DNA of 64,000 bases from Nitrosopumilus sp. (GCA_965223425.1 OZ245003.1:1792001-1856000); one strand, 5' to 3'; positions 37,210-48,296 are shown, numbered from the stretch's first letter. The notes: generated by a model not told the origin, from the letters alone. Numbers and translations: made by a program.

Positions 37210-38601
37210 TTATGCTGTGGGATCAGACACACGCCCCATGAACAAAATAGCGCCGCTCTCGTCGTCCTGTATGGCAAATATGAAGGGATGGTCTGCGATA
37301 AATCTTGGCAGAGGGGGCGATAATGACTCAGAAAGTACTATGATTGTCACGGCTGCGGCCTCTGTTCCCTCCTCGTTTACGTTGACGTAGGCGTCTTGGG
37401 TGGCCTTTGAGACAAACAGAGAACTATTTGAGATTCCTGAGAGGTCTGCATCATTACTGAATGCGTCAGTGATTCCAAGTTTTTTCAAGGGTTTCTTGAG
37501 ATCATAATTTGTTTTCATCTCAAATTTTGGAAATGAGACGACAACTTCGGCATCTGAGACTTTTTGCTGCCATTCTTCGAGCAGCTCTGCTGAAAGCGAT
37601 TCCTGCAGCTTTGCGATGCCGTCACGCTCAGATGGCAAAACGACTAGCATTGACAGCCTGTCACCCTTGTAGGGCATCCTGAGCAGCTGCACTCCGTCAC
37701 TCTCCGCATAGCCAAACGTACTCTGGATGTTCATAAAGTCGGTCTTGACTTTGTTTGTACCGTTCCAGAACTCGGACTCGTGGGTGTCCTCCTCTGAAAA
37801 CTGCGTCACCCACGTTCCCTTAAAGTATATGGCGTTGGCTATCACAAGCACAGCATTCTTCACAGTACTCAGTAATACAACTTCCGTTATCTTCTCGCGC
37901 GTCTTTTCGCTGGCCCATCCGTTTATGCGTTTTACAGTCTCTGGTCCAAAATCGCCGCGCTCTATGTCTGCACGGTAGATATTGCGCACGACATCTACGT
38001 ATGACTCGTGCAGCTTGAACGAATCTCTGAGCCACAGCGAGTTTGCCATCTCAAGTGTGGCATACGGGTCGTAGCGGTTCAGCGACGACATCGTATCTGA
38101 TACTGCCTCGTGCCTTGCCGCCTCGTCCTCGTCTAGCCCGAACACGTCACGGATCTGCTGTGCCGTATTCCCCTTTGCCCCCTCGTACAGCACGGAGAAC
38201 GCTACGCTCATGCTGGAGGAAGAGAAGAACAGGTTTGGCTCCTCATCTTGAACCTGCCGATAAAAGTCCACCGCAAATGCGTTGTTGGCAGCTGCCACCG
38301 TCTGTGGGATCGGCATGGGCTGGGGCGGAGAAACGACTACCTCAAATCCCCTCTGCTGTAGCGGCTCAACAGATGTGGGAAAGACGCAAGCGGATCGCTG
38401 TGATGGCGACTGCATCAGGATCATATCATCTGAGCACACCCTTGCGTTAACTGCGGGCATGCCGTCTTCCATCATGTGAGCATACTGTTTTGCACCCTTT
38501 GCCTCTGTAGCTGTTGTTTCCTGAGCATGGGATTCAAGTGCAAATCCAAAAGAGAACGCAAAAAATATCAAAAACAAGGACAACGTCACAGGATTATTCA
38601 T
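37210..38601 (-). CDS. Secreted serpin (serine protease inhibitor)
   Basis: NNAFAVDFY, NAIYFKGTW, VNEEGTEAAA hinge, FIADHPFIF, ILFMGRV; N-terminal signal peptide. Confidence 0.96.
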   Translation of the reverse strand: MNNPVTLSLFLIFFAFSFGFALESHAQETTATEAKGAKQYAHMMEDGMPAVNARVCSDDMILMQSPSQRSACVFPTSVEPLQQRGFEVVVSPPQPMPIPQTVAAANNAFAVDFYRQVQDEEPNLFFSSSSMSVAFSVLYEGAKGNTAQQIRDVFGLDEDEAARHEAVSDTMSSLNRYDPYATLEMANSLWLRDSFKLHESYVDVVRNIYRADIERGDFGPETVKRINGWASEKTREKITEVVLLSTVKNAVLVIANAIYFKGTWVTQFSEEDTHESEFWNGTNKVKTDFMNIQSTFGYAESDGVQLLRMPYKGDRLSMLVVLPSERDGIAKLQESLSAELLEEWQQKVSDAEVVVSFPKFEMKTNYDLKKPLKKLGITDAFSNDADLSGISNSSLFVSKATQDAYVNVNEEGTEAAAVTIIVLSESLSPPLPRFIADHPFIFAIQDDESGAILFMGRVSDPTA

Positions 38602-38645
38602 CAGGCATGTTGCGTGGTGGTATTATATGAGTATCGCTATTCTTT

Positions 38646-38804
38646 CAGCTAAGCGAAATCTGCTCTAATTCAGGCCAAATCGGCTACAAAATGCAAACAG
38701 ATCAATGAGGGTACGACCACATGATTTTTGTTGCTTAGACAAAAAACCAGACAGAGCCGCGAACTGTTAAACAACCCACGCATATATGAAGATGTTGCAG
38801 ACGG
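38646..38804 (+). mobile_element. Truncated left end of an ISH3-like element
   Basis: About 159 nt nearly identical to 62828-62986 (starts CAGCTAAGCGAAATC). Confidence 0.85.
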
Positions 38805-38874
38805 GTTCTGTGAAGTTATCGTGATATGGATGTGGATCTTCTCTGATTTGATATTTCATACATACCCAAACAAT

Positions 38875-40289
38875 TCATTTTGACATATATCCACATTTTT
38901 TATTCTCATGCCTCAAGCCAGACAATGTGAAACGATTACTCTTGAGTTTGTTACACGGTGAGCATAATAATATCCTATTTGAAATATGATTGATTCCCCC
39001 ATCAGACCGGGGCGTATTATGGTCCAGTTCCAGATATCTTGGATCATCGAACAGGCGATTGCAGCCTTGACATTTACAGCCCTTCTGTTCTAACAGATAT
39101 GTTACCATTTCGGCTCTGCTCATCTTTTTGTCCTGCGGTTCCAGTATGCATTTCTTTGTCTTTAGAAACGGGGATGCGGTTTGGCCGTCATCTGTGCGTT
39201 TTGGGAGTTCTTTGGTGAAAATAAGATTTTCTTCAAACATCCGCATCTGTCTGGTTTTCTTCTGGTCATGTCCACCTATTGCAATCAATCCCTCTTTTTT
39301 CAGCCTGTCTATAACTACCTCATGCGCCTTGTCCCAAATATCAATTCCAACCCATTGGCGGTTTAGTCGTTCTGCTGCTACACATGTAGTAGCACATCCT
39401 GCAAACGGATCCAATACAATATCGTCCTCGTTTGATGATGCCTTGATTACTCTTTCGTATAGTGCAAGCGGTTTTTGTGTTGGATAGCCCATTCTTTCGG
39501 AGCTGGTACTTACTATCATAGGAATGTTCCATACACTGTCAATGGCCTTTCCCTTTTTGATTATGTCATTGATGTATTGTTTTTTTATGGGATAGCCCTT
39601 AGATACAGAACGATTATCCAGGATGTATTCCATGCCGTCTTGATCCTTGAGAATCTTTCTGGCACGTACTCTGGATATGTCTTCTTTTGTCCATTGTGTT
39701 GTAATTTGATTGATAATGTGCTGGTTGGATTTTGCGTAAAATAGTATGATGTCATGTTTAGAATTAAATTTGTATTTATTATGCATTGTTCTTTGTCCGT
39801 AATGCCAGACTATTTCATTTCTAAAATTCGATGGTCCAAAAACCGCATCCATCAACTCCTTCAAATAATGACTTGCGGTAGGATCGCAGTGCAGGTATAT
39901 CGAACCGGTATCCTTTAGAACGCGTCTCATGGCCAACAATCTTACTGCCATAAAGCACAGAAACGCACCCATATCATCACCGTAGCTTGAACGTGAGCCT
40001 TCAATGACATTCATAACGTTTGGATGGTCATCTGTAATCTGATCCACCCAATCCTGATGGACATCTTTTTCCCATGACCATCTGTCCTGGAATGAGGCGC
40101 CTTTTGCCAGACTGTCCGGAGTTGCATGGAAATCACGACCCTTGTTGAACGGGGGATCGGTTGCAATCAGATCAACGGTATCTGAGTTCATTGCACGAAG
40201 GAAATCTAAGTTATCCCCGTGAAATAAAGTACGGTTTGTCCAATTTGCTTGTGACCGCCCCCCCCCCCAATTGAGTTATGTGAGATCAT
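38875..40289 (-). CDS. N4/N6 DNA methyltransferase fused to a C-terminal HNH endonuclease; 5' end out of frame at a G11 tract
   Basis: NRTLFHGDNL, TDPPF, YPTQKP and VLDPFAGCATT (beta-class order); C-terminal CQGC...LDH..P...N...LCSPCN HNH. Confidence 0.88.
40258..40268 (-). repeat. G11 homopolymer in the 5' coding region of the MTase-HNH gene
   Basis: C11 on the plus strand in an otherwise AT-rich region. Confidence 0.9.
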
Positions 40290-40290
40290 C

Positions 40291-40473
40291 TTAGGCAGAT
40301 CCTACAACTTCTATTTTTTTGCCCCTTATTACAAATTCAATGTGATCAGGATTATGTAACACTTCTAAAACTTTAGGCGGAATTCTGCAAAGTTTGCTAA
40401 ACTTGCTAGTAGTGCTTACAGCCACTCTGAAATTTGTCTCGTCTTTTTTCCAACGTGTCATAATGTATTCCAA
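40291..40473 (-). CDS. Small AbrB/SpoVT-like protein
   Basis: RVAVS...CRIPPKVLEVLHNPDHIEFVIRGKKIEV; its stop is 1 nt before the putative MTase ATG. Confidence 0.6.
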   Translation of the reverse strand: MEYIMTRWKKDETNFRVAVSTTSKFSKLCRIPPKVLEVLHNPDHIEFVIRGKKIEVVGSA

Positions 40474-40670
40474 AACCTTGATTATATTAAGGGTACGTTT
40501 ACCAGTAACTATTAAATAAGGGTACTCTTATCTAAATAGCAATGAATCAAGTAAAAATGAGGGCGATGATGAGTTCCATTCATTCTGATTCCCATGAAGA
40601 GTCAAGAGAGTCTGAGCCCCCATCATCATTTTTCTATTTACAAGACACTTTATTAATTTTTGAGGTGCCG

Positions 40671-41801
40671 TAGTGAATTGGATTAACAATCGCTCACAAA
40701 ACAGACAACATTATTCAACCACAAGATCTAGATCCCAGTGTATGGCAGAATCCGCATGAAATACAACAATTCTGCAATACCGGCAGACAAAAGATTCCTG
40801 TCCGGCGTCTCCAGTGCGCGCCTGCGCAGCATGCAAAAAAAGGAGACAGATCCCAGGGCCGCAGCAAGGCTGCTGGCATATGCCATGCGCAAGGAGGGCA
40901 TGTCCATACGCCAGATATGCAGGGCCCTCAACAGGTCATACTCTACAGTACGGGACTGGCTTGTGCGCGCCGCACAGCTTGGCACCTGCGGCAGGTACGA
41001 CATCAAAAACAAAGGCGCGCCAAACAAGCTCGATCCGGAACAGACAAAGCAGCTGCGCGCAGACCTGCTGGCAGGCCCGCGCAGTTGCGGGTTCGAGTCC
41101 GGAGTGTGGACGGCACCGCTGCCGGCCGCACACATCAGAAAAAAGTTCGGCGTGCAGTATGCCACTGTCAGCATATATGACATACTGCACAGGATGGGCT
41201 TTTCGTGCAGAAAGCCGCGTCCAAAGCACCCAAGTCAGCCTCAGAATCAGAGAAAAAAGAGTTTAAAAAAAAAGCAGGGGAGGTAATCCGGAGCCATCCA
41301 GACCATACGGTGGTTACAGTTGATGAGGCCTCCTTTATCATTGGGTGGAATACCAAGAACGGGTGGTACCTCAAGGGCAGGCCCGTCACCACTCCAGTCA
41401 GCCTGTCGCGCAAAAGGTTCTACTCGTTTGGGGCGCTGTACGACGGCGGCTTTGACTGCAGGTTCTATGCCAAGGCCGACAGCTACGGCTTTGTGGACAT
41501 GCTCGGACACCTGCATCTCAAGCACGGCAAGATCATCGTCTTTCTTGATAACGCATCATACCACAAGTCAAAGATGGTCAATGATTTTGTCGACTCGTAT
41601 GACGGCGACATAGTCCTTGTTTACTTGCCCGTGTACACCCCGGAGCTGAATACCACGGAGGGGCAGTGGAGGCTGTTAAGAAGGGCCACTGCAAACGTGA
41701 TGTATGAAAGCACAAAGGTGATGAAGGAATCCATATGGACAATGCTGGATAGACGTGAGGTCAAGATAACAAGAATGAGCGGTTATTTATCCTAGTCACT
41801 A
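40671..41801 (+). mobile_element. IS630-family element, copy 2 (1131 bp; -1 frameshift type)
   Basis: Near-identical to 12993-14122; CG flanks; orfA ends after A_AAA_AAG with orfB in the -1 frame. Confidence 0.93.
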
Positions 41802-42026
41802 CGTGCAATCCTGAATTGTCTTTGGGACGTCATCTGTAGTTTCAACATAACAAATGCCATTGTCATTAGTTAAGATCACCACTTCTTCAAACACATCCTC
41901 ACGAATTAAATGCCAAAATGGAAAAACAATTGTCGACAAAACTACCCCTGCAGCAATAAAAGCACCTACAAAAACCAAACTAGTTTTTTGGCTTGAACCA
42001 AATTCCATTTTACCAGGTTCCGCCAT
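41802..42026 (-). pseudogene. Small membrane-anchored protein truncated by IS630
   Basis: MAEPGKMEFGSS + TM helix...KTIQDCT ends exactly at the IS boundary. Confidence 0.65.
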
Positions 42027-42177
42027 CACCTGCATTGGGATCTAATTTTTTTGCAGGTACGTTGCCATGTGCTTTTTTCATATGTTTTTTTAAACGCTCA
42101 GGATCATGTAATTCAGTTCCACAGGCGTCACATTTTGTTTTGTCGTCCTTGTCTTTGTTGCGTTTGAACAAGCCCAT
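42010..42177 (-). CDS. Small C2H2 zinc-finger protein (55 aa; not in the ORF track)
   Basis: MGLFKRNKDKDDKTKCDACGTELHDPERLKKHMKKAHG...; Cx2C-x12-Hx4H. Confidence 0.75.
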   Translation of the reverse strand: MGLFKRNKDKDDKTKCDACGTELHDPERLKKHMKKAHGNVPAKKLDPNAGDGGTW

Positions 42178-42566
42178 AATTTTGTAAAAATTGGAAATAC
42201 ATTAAAAATGATACGGAATATGCTTTTTAATAGTAAGGAATTACAGGTGTTTTTTGATTTTGTATGCTATCCCTTAATTTGTTCGCATAATGTAAAATTA
42301 CGACAAGAAAGCGCATACTAACAAATATGATAGTGCCGATGGGCAACAAACCGTCTTCTGGAGTAAGCAAAGATTCAAAAAAACTCAGAATATCATAAGA
42401 TCAGACAAAGCCGCCGAACTCACGCTTGCAATATTATAGATGCAAAACAAATTGACCAAAAATGTTTCATGGCAATCAAAGAAAAAACAGTAACTCAACC
42501 ACGAGGTTGTTTGGGAACCAACACGCGTCAAATACATTATAAAGGATACGCAGTTTTTGAAAACTT

Positions 42567-43721
42567 GTGGCAGTAAAAAATATCACAGTTCTGGGTTCAG
42601 GAGTTATGGGCCACGGCATCGCCCAAGTCTCAGCAGCTGCAGGGTACAATGTTGCGCTACGGGACATTGAGCAAGGATTTCTGGATAAAGCTATGGGGAA
42701 GATAAGATGGAGTTTGGATAAGCTAGTCGCCAAGGAAAAAATTTCAAAGGAGGAAGGCGATGCAATTTTTGCACGTATAAGACCAGTAGTGGATCTGAAA
42801 GAGGCTGTAAAAGGCGCCGAACTAGTCATCGAGGTAGTTCCAGAGATAATGGACCTGAAGAAGAAAGTCTATGCCGAACTAGACCGGGCAGCGGCACCAG
42901 AGGTAGTCTTTGCTTCAAATACAAGCACGTTGCCAATTACCGAGATTGCAGAGACGACATCGCGCCCTGACAAGTTCATAGGAATCCACTTTTTCAACCC
43001 GCCACAACTGATGGAGTTAGTAGAGATAATTCCGGGCAAAAAGACAGCACAAAAAATAACTGACCTGACCCAAGAATACGTAAAGTCAGTAAACAAGCAA
43101 GCAGTGCTGTGTAGAAAAGACGTTCCGGGATTCATAATTAACCGGCTGTTCATTCCGATGGTTCATGAGGCATGCTATGTAAAAGACAGGACAGGGGCAT
43201 CGCTAGAAGAGATTGATTCTGCTGTCAAGTTCAAGATGGGGTTTCCGATGGGCATCTTCGAGTTGGCAGACTTTACAGGAATGGATGTGATCCACAAGGC
43301 AACAGTCGAGATGCACATGCGTGACAAAAAAGTAATCAACCCTCACCCGCTAGTTGAGAAAATGTTTGATGAGAAAAAACTGGGGCAAAAATCAGGGGAG
43401 GGATACTACAGGTATTCAGATGACAGGCACGAGCGGGTCGGGCTTTCTGAGGAGTTGGCAGAAAGATGCAGTCCAGTCCAGCTTGTCGCAAACATCCTAA
43501 ACAATGCCGCATGGCTTGTCACAAACGGCGCAAGCGATATCAAGGAGATTGAAAAGGCGGCCAGGTTGGGGCTGGGACTGAAAAAACCGTTGTTTGAAAC
43601 GGCAAAAGAGACGGGCATCAAAAACATCGTTGGCCAACTAGACAGACTTGCCGCAGAACACGGTGAGTTTTACAGGCCTGATCCGTTGCTTGTCTCAATG
43701 CAGCAGGCAGATACCGGATGA
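42567..43721 (+). CDS. 3-hydroxyacyl-CoA (3-hydroxybutyryl-CoA) dehydrogenase
   Basis: GSGVMGHGIA, ASNTSTL, GIHFFNPP, KDVPGFIINR, PMGIFELAD. Confidence 0.93.
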   Translation: MAVKNITVLGSGVMGHGIAQVSAAAGYNVALRDIEQGFLDKAMGKIRWSLDKLVAKEKISKEEGDAIFARIRPVVDLKEAVKGAELVIEVVPEIMDLKKKVYAELDRAAAPEVVFASNTSTLPITEIAETTSRPDKFIGIHFFNPPQLMELVEIIPGKKTAQKITDLTQEYVKSVNKQAVLCRKDVPGFIINRLFIPMVHEACYVKDRTGASLEEIDSAVKFKMGFPMGIFELADFTGMDVIHKATVEMHMRDKKVINPHPLVEKMFDEKKLGQKSGEGYYRYSDDRHERVGLSEELAERCSPVQLVANILNNAAWLVTNGASDIKEIEKAARLGLGLKKPLFETAKETGIKNIVGQLDRLAAEHGEFYRPDPLLVSMQQADTG

Positions 43722-44001
43722 TGCTGCAAAGAAAAACAGACAGAGACACTAAATTGGAACAGCACATGAAAAGCCAGAACGCCGATTATGGCATTATGAT
43801 CAAGAGTAAATACAAATTTTGTACAGAATAAGCAGGCAAGCAAGCACACGCCTGTTTCAAACAGAGCTGTTCAGATAAAGAACCTGAGGCAATTGTGACA
43901 CATTCAAGCGGAACTATATTTTACAGGGTTGGGTGTTTTTTCCATGCAGGTGTGTATCCCAGCTTTATGGTTTTATTGGAAAATTGCCGTCAATAAACTA
44001 G

Positions 44002-45258
44002 TCATTGATCTACCATAGATATGACATCATCATTTGACGTATACTTGCCTAGCAATACCCAATCTCCATCAACAACACCATGTATCTCATAGTCAGCTTG
44101 TGCCAAGTCCCCTGCCTCATTTAGCGCAGTATTGCCGATGGCACCATTATGGTTTCGTGCAACAGTATGCAGCGTATTTTTGACAGCATCAACATCTGTG
44201 CTTTGTGTCTCAAGCATTGCCAAGCCCACAAGCCATACTGCATCATATGAACCATATGCATAAGTTATTGGCGTGTTGCCCAAAATACCAGTTAATGTGG
44301 ATTTAACACGCTGGTTTATTTCACTATCTGAAGCTGAAACCAGAACAGATGTAAAGTCTGTAGCAGTAGTAAATGATTTTCCTATTTTATCTGAGGTTAT
44401 CGTTTGATCAAGTGCGTTACCATCAGAACCAAACCATTGAACTGTGCCTAGTACATCATGTGAAGCTGCTGACTGCATAAAGAGCAGGCCTTCAGAAAAA
44501 CTGATAAGCATTACTGCAACTTTATCATCGCCATATCGCTGTTTTGCATCGGCAACTTTATCAGCTAACAGTGATGCAGTAGCTGAAAACTCTGGCGACT
44601 CTGGGTTATACCTAACGCCATCATCTACGGTACGGCCAAGTTCTGCAAAGTGCTCTGCAGTAGCTTCTACTAGGCCGTCACCCCAGGTATCTCCCCTATA
44701 CACAGGCACTATAACTTCAATGCCGTATTGATTTGCAAGTTTTGTCAATACGTTTGCCTGGTGTTGATCATTAGTTGTCATACGGAAAACATTATCGCCA
44801 GGTATTGCAAGTGCAGGGGCAGTAGAGCAGCAAGATACTAAAAGTATATTATTAGAATCTGCATATCCTTTCATGTTACGAATATTAGAGCTGGTCTCAG
44901 GTCCAATTACAATATCAATATTTTTGGCGTAAAGTGATGTCAGTTTTTCTAGTGCAACAACTGGACTGGTTGCTGAATCCTCAGATACAAGTTTGAGAGA
45001 CCATGGAGCATTCAGGCTTTCCAGATGCGAGTTAAAATCATCAACTCCAAGTTTTGTTGCAGCCAAGTTATGTCCCCCATGGCTTGCCAAGTCACCAGTT
45101 AGCGGCAGTATGGAGCCAATTTTTATCTCCCCTGTTAATTGTGAAACTTCTGATTCAGGCAAGCCCTCCTCAGGTATTGAGGCAAAATATGATGCCAGGA
45201 CTGCGGCTATGACTGCAACTGATACTATTGCAGATATTGGTAAAAGTCCTAGTTTCAT
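44002..45258 (-). CDS. ABC-transporter substrate-binding protein (branched-chain amino acid type)
   Basis: IKIGSILPLTGDLA, STAPAL, FRM, YDAVW; N-terminal anchor. Confidence 0.85.
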   Translation of the reverse strand: MKLGLLPISAIVSVAVIAAVLASYFASIPEEGLPESEVSQLTGEIKIGSILPLTGDLASHGGHNLAATKLGVDDFNSHLESLNAPWSLKLVSEDSATSPVVALEKLTSLYAKNIDIVIGPETSSNIRNMKGYADSNNILLVSCCSTAPALAIPGDNVFRMTTNDQHQANVLTKLANQYGIEVIVPVYRGDTWGDGLVEATAEHFAELGRTVDDGVRYNPESPEFSATASLLADKVADAKQRYGDDKVAVMLISFSEGLLFMQSAASHDVLGTVQWFGSDGNALDQTITSDKIGKSFTTATDFTSVLVSASDSEINQRVKSTLTGILGNTPITYAYGSYDAVWLVGLAMLETQSTDVDAVKNTLHTVARNHNGAIGNTALNEAGDLAQADYEIHGVVDGDWVLLGKYTSNDDVISMVDQ

Positions 45259-45676
45259 ACAGCAAGATGCTAAATTGCCTATTAATATTTATTCTTACTG
45301 CGATTCTGTGTAATCCACAGTAGGATATTCTTGGCCATTGATAAAATTAACTTCTAATTGCTCAATGTCTTTTTGGCTACAAACTTGGCACTTGTTTCCT
45401 AATCTCTCAATTAAGGATTTTTTCCAGTTCATAAAAAGTATCTCAAAACAATTGCCTAGAATATTTTTAAACGCGGTATTTATTAATTTAATTTTGCCGT
45501 ACTCGTTTTGAGTTAACAGTCACAGATGAAGACACACTTGTTCATATATTTACTAGGAGTATTATTGCAGAGCAAACACCAATCAGCGCAAACATATATT
45601 TTCTATATTTGGGATTACTTGTTTGCATCATATTATTTTACAACCATCGTACTAGAATTTTTTTATAATTTGCCAT

Positions 45677-46198
45677 CTACCTTAACACCTCATTTGTAAT
45701 TTTTGCTTTTTTTCCCAGTATAAGATTTCGAATCTTTATCATTTTTCTTGCCAGCATAAAACCAGCGCCAGACATGGTGCTGCCAATAATTACATGCAAT
45801 ATTCCAGAATCCTGCTGCGGTGCAACCGTCATCACATATACAAATCCCGAAACCATCAACAAAATACCAAATGCCGCAAAGATTGCCATCATGATAGGAA
45901 CTCTAGGAGGTACGGGTGGCAATTCATCAGAAACAGGGTTTTCAATAAAACCAGCGTCTTTGCAAATACTGCAACAGCGTTTTTGTTTTTTGTTATGCCA
46001 TACGGATTCTAGAAAATAAAATTCTTGGCTACACGAGTCACACGTTCTTTTTGGAGTGGTGACTTTTCCATGATCATCAAAGTCTTGACCAATTTTTTTC
46101 ATACAGCCTTTGCAAAAGTATCCACGCACACGCCACTGTTTTTGAAAATTGTATTTTTTCCATCCAAGCGTTGCATTGCAGCCAGTGCATGATGTCAT
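45677..46198 (-). CDS. Cys-rich zinc-binding membrane protein
   Basis: Four CxxC pairs plus two TM helices; ATGA overlap with the urea transporter. Confidence 0.7.
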   Translation of the reverse strand: MTSCTGCNATLGWKKYNFQKQWRVRGYFCKGCMKKIGQDFDDHGKVTTPKRTCDSCSQEFYFLESVWHNKKQKRCCSICKDAGFIENPVSDELPPVPPRVPIMMAIFAAFGILLMVSGFVYVMTVAPQQDSGILHVIIGSTMSGAGFMLARKMIKIRNLILGKKAKITNEVLR

Positions 46199-48195
46199 TT
46201 TTTATCTCCTCCTGAAGATTCGGTAACTGATTTTTTACCAGTAATGACTTGGGCAATGCCTTTTCTTGCCTCAATAATCGGCAAAAATATGATAAAGAAC
46301 GATGCCGTACTTACCCAAACTACTGATATTCCAACCCAAACGCTGTATACCATAACATCAAAGACCAATCCGGATGCTATCAAAGGCATTGGCCAGGCAA
46401 TAATTAGCACCAAGGTCATAATGCCGCCTCCCTTGAGGCTAAACCTGAATGCTTTCTTTAGAGTTTCCTCATCTTCTGAGACTACTGCAGCTTCGGCCTC
46501 AGTTAATTCCACCAGAGTAATTTTTTCTTTAAGATCATTCCAGTCAAATGTAGTTTTGGCTGCAAGGCTTCCAATAACTGTAATTGCACCACCAGTTACA
46601 ATTCCTGCAATGTTTCCAAATAACATGGAATAGTTGTGACCAAGGCTTGCAAGACTGACTTCACCACCAAAGTCTGGCAATGTTGCAGCAACAGATATCC
46701 AAGTAGTGACGGCAACAAACAAACCAATGATTGCCCCTAAGGTGGCAGCAATTCTGTTTGTTCTCTTCCACAATATGGTCAAGGCAATTGGAATCACTGC
46801 AGAACCAATCAAGATACCCATTGCCAAGTAAACAAAGCCCAAACTAAGCCCCATTGATAATAACAAAACAGCTAAACCTCCCATACCAAGGCCAAAGCCC
46901 ACAATTGTAGCCCTTGAAACTTTGACTAGTTGCTTGCCTGTGGCATTCGGGTTCTTGTACGTCCTGTAAATATCATAAGTAATAAGCGATGACACCGCTA
47001 TAAGCTCTGCAGAACCTGCAGATGTTACTGCCATGAATAACATTGTAAGTACCATAATGGCACCAACCTCGCCCATTAAAGCAGACGCAGCAGCTGGAAC
47101 CACTAAACCTAGTTGAACCTGTTCCGGAGTCAGATCAACATCCAGCGCCACTGCAGTCAGCCCCATCGTAGTTGCCAATGTAAAGGGAATTGCAAACCAG
47201 CATGCACCGCCAAGCAAGAATCCCTTAACAGTGGAAGATGGTTTTGCAGCAATGGCCCTCTGCCAATATGCTTGATCAACAAAGACAGTTCCAAAGTTTC
47301 CAACTATATTGATAATGCCAAACATCAAGCCTCCAATTGATGCCATGGTAAGAAACGCACCTGCTGCATTTCCTTCAACAGGGTTCAGTTTGGCAGCTTC
47401 AACTAATTTATTGTACATGCCTTCCACACCTCCCGTAATGTCGCTATTGATGTAAACTGCGGCAACGAAAGTCAGGATTACGACAAATATGATTATAGTA
47501 TGCATATAGTCTGCAACAAAAGTAGCCTTGAGCCCGCCTACTAACGTGTAAATCATCACACCGATTGGAATCAAAAAGGCAGCCAGCGAGATATCCATCC
47601 CCGTGAGGCCGTTGACAACTGCAGAACCCCCAAGAAGAAGCATTGCAGTTACAATCATGTTAGTCATTAATGCAAAAACAAGGAAAACTTTGTGAGAGCC
47701 GTTACCATATCGTGCACGAATAATCTCTAAGAATGTGTGTGCATTAGGAGCCTTACGTTTTAATTCAATTGCCAAAATTCCAAACAATAGAACCTGAATT
47801 GATGCACCTGCTGCATACCAAAACGGACCGCTAATACCATATTGATATGCCACAGTTGAGGATTGTAGTAATGTTGCAGCCCATGTCCAAGCAGAGACAA
47901 TTGCTGCGGCAGTTAGGCCAGTCTTGATGGTTCTGCCTGCAGTGTTAAACATTTCAGAAGTTTGGTTTACTCCAAGATACTTTTCTTCAATTTTTACTTC
48001 AAGGGAGATAATTACAGCAAAAACGCTACCCAGGCCAACAACAATTGCCCAACCGATCCATTCTGGCAATGCCTCGCCGATTGCAAATCCCTCTGAGATT
48101 TCTCCAGCACCGTAAACGGTTTGTGGCAAACTGACCAAAACAATAGCAACCAACACAAAGATGGGCAAAAATTTCGGGGATTTGGACAGCGTCAC
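46195..48195 (-). CDS. Sodium:solute symporter, DUR3-like urea active transporter
   Basis: SAWTWAATLLQSS, GNFGTVFVDQAYWQRAIAA; directly downstream of ureC. Confidence 0.9.
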   Translation of the reverse strand: MTLSKSPKFLPIFVLVAIVLVSLPQTVYGAGEISEGFAIGEALPEWIGWAIVVGLGSVFAVIISLEVKIEEKYLGVNQTSEMFNTAGRTIKTGLTAAAIVSAWTWAATLLQSSTVAYQYGISGPFWYAAGASIQVLLFGILAIELKRKAPNAHTFLEIIRARYGNGSHKVFLVFALMTNMIVTAMLLLGGSAVVNGLTGMDISLAAFLIPIGVMIYTLVGGLKATFVADYMHTIIIFVVILTFVAAVYINSDITGGVEGMYNKLVEAAKLNPVEGNAAGAFLTMASIGGLMFGIINIVGNFGTVFVDQAYWQRAIAAKPSSTVKGFLLGGACWFAIPFTLATTMGLTAVALDVDLTPEQVQLGLVVPAAASALMGEVGAIMVLTMLFMAVTSAGSAELIAVSSLITYDIYRTYKNPNATGKQLVKVSRATIVGFGLGMGGLAVLLLSMGLSLGFVYLAMGILIGSAVIPIALTILWKRTNRIAATLGAIIGLFVAVTTWISVAATLPDFGGEVSLASLGHNYSMLFGNIAGIVTGGAITVIGSLAAKTTFDWNDLKEKITLVELTEAEAAVVSEDEETLKKAFRFSLKGGGIMTLVLIIAWPMPLIASGLVFDVMVYSVWVGISVVWVSTASFFIIFLPIIEARKGIAQVITGKKSVTESSGGDKK

Positions 48196-48276
48196 GGAGT
48201 TACTTGTTACTGGGTTTACTTAGCAATTCAAAAAACAATTTTCTTTAAATACAAAATTTCTATCTGAAAAAAATTC

Positions 48277-48292
48277 TTGTCGACGTCGGCAA
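48277..48292. promoter_or_regulatory. 16-bp palindrome TTGTCGACGTCGGCAA (copy 1)
   Basis: One mismatch to TTGTCGACGTCGACAA; intergenic, just past the ureC stop. Confidence 0.55.
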
Positions 48293-48296
48293 AAAA

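Noticed and set aside
41930-41939. TTGTCGACAA as a third parS-like site
   Set aside because: Only 10 bp, lacks the ACGT core and lies within a coding region.
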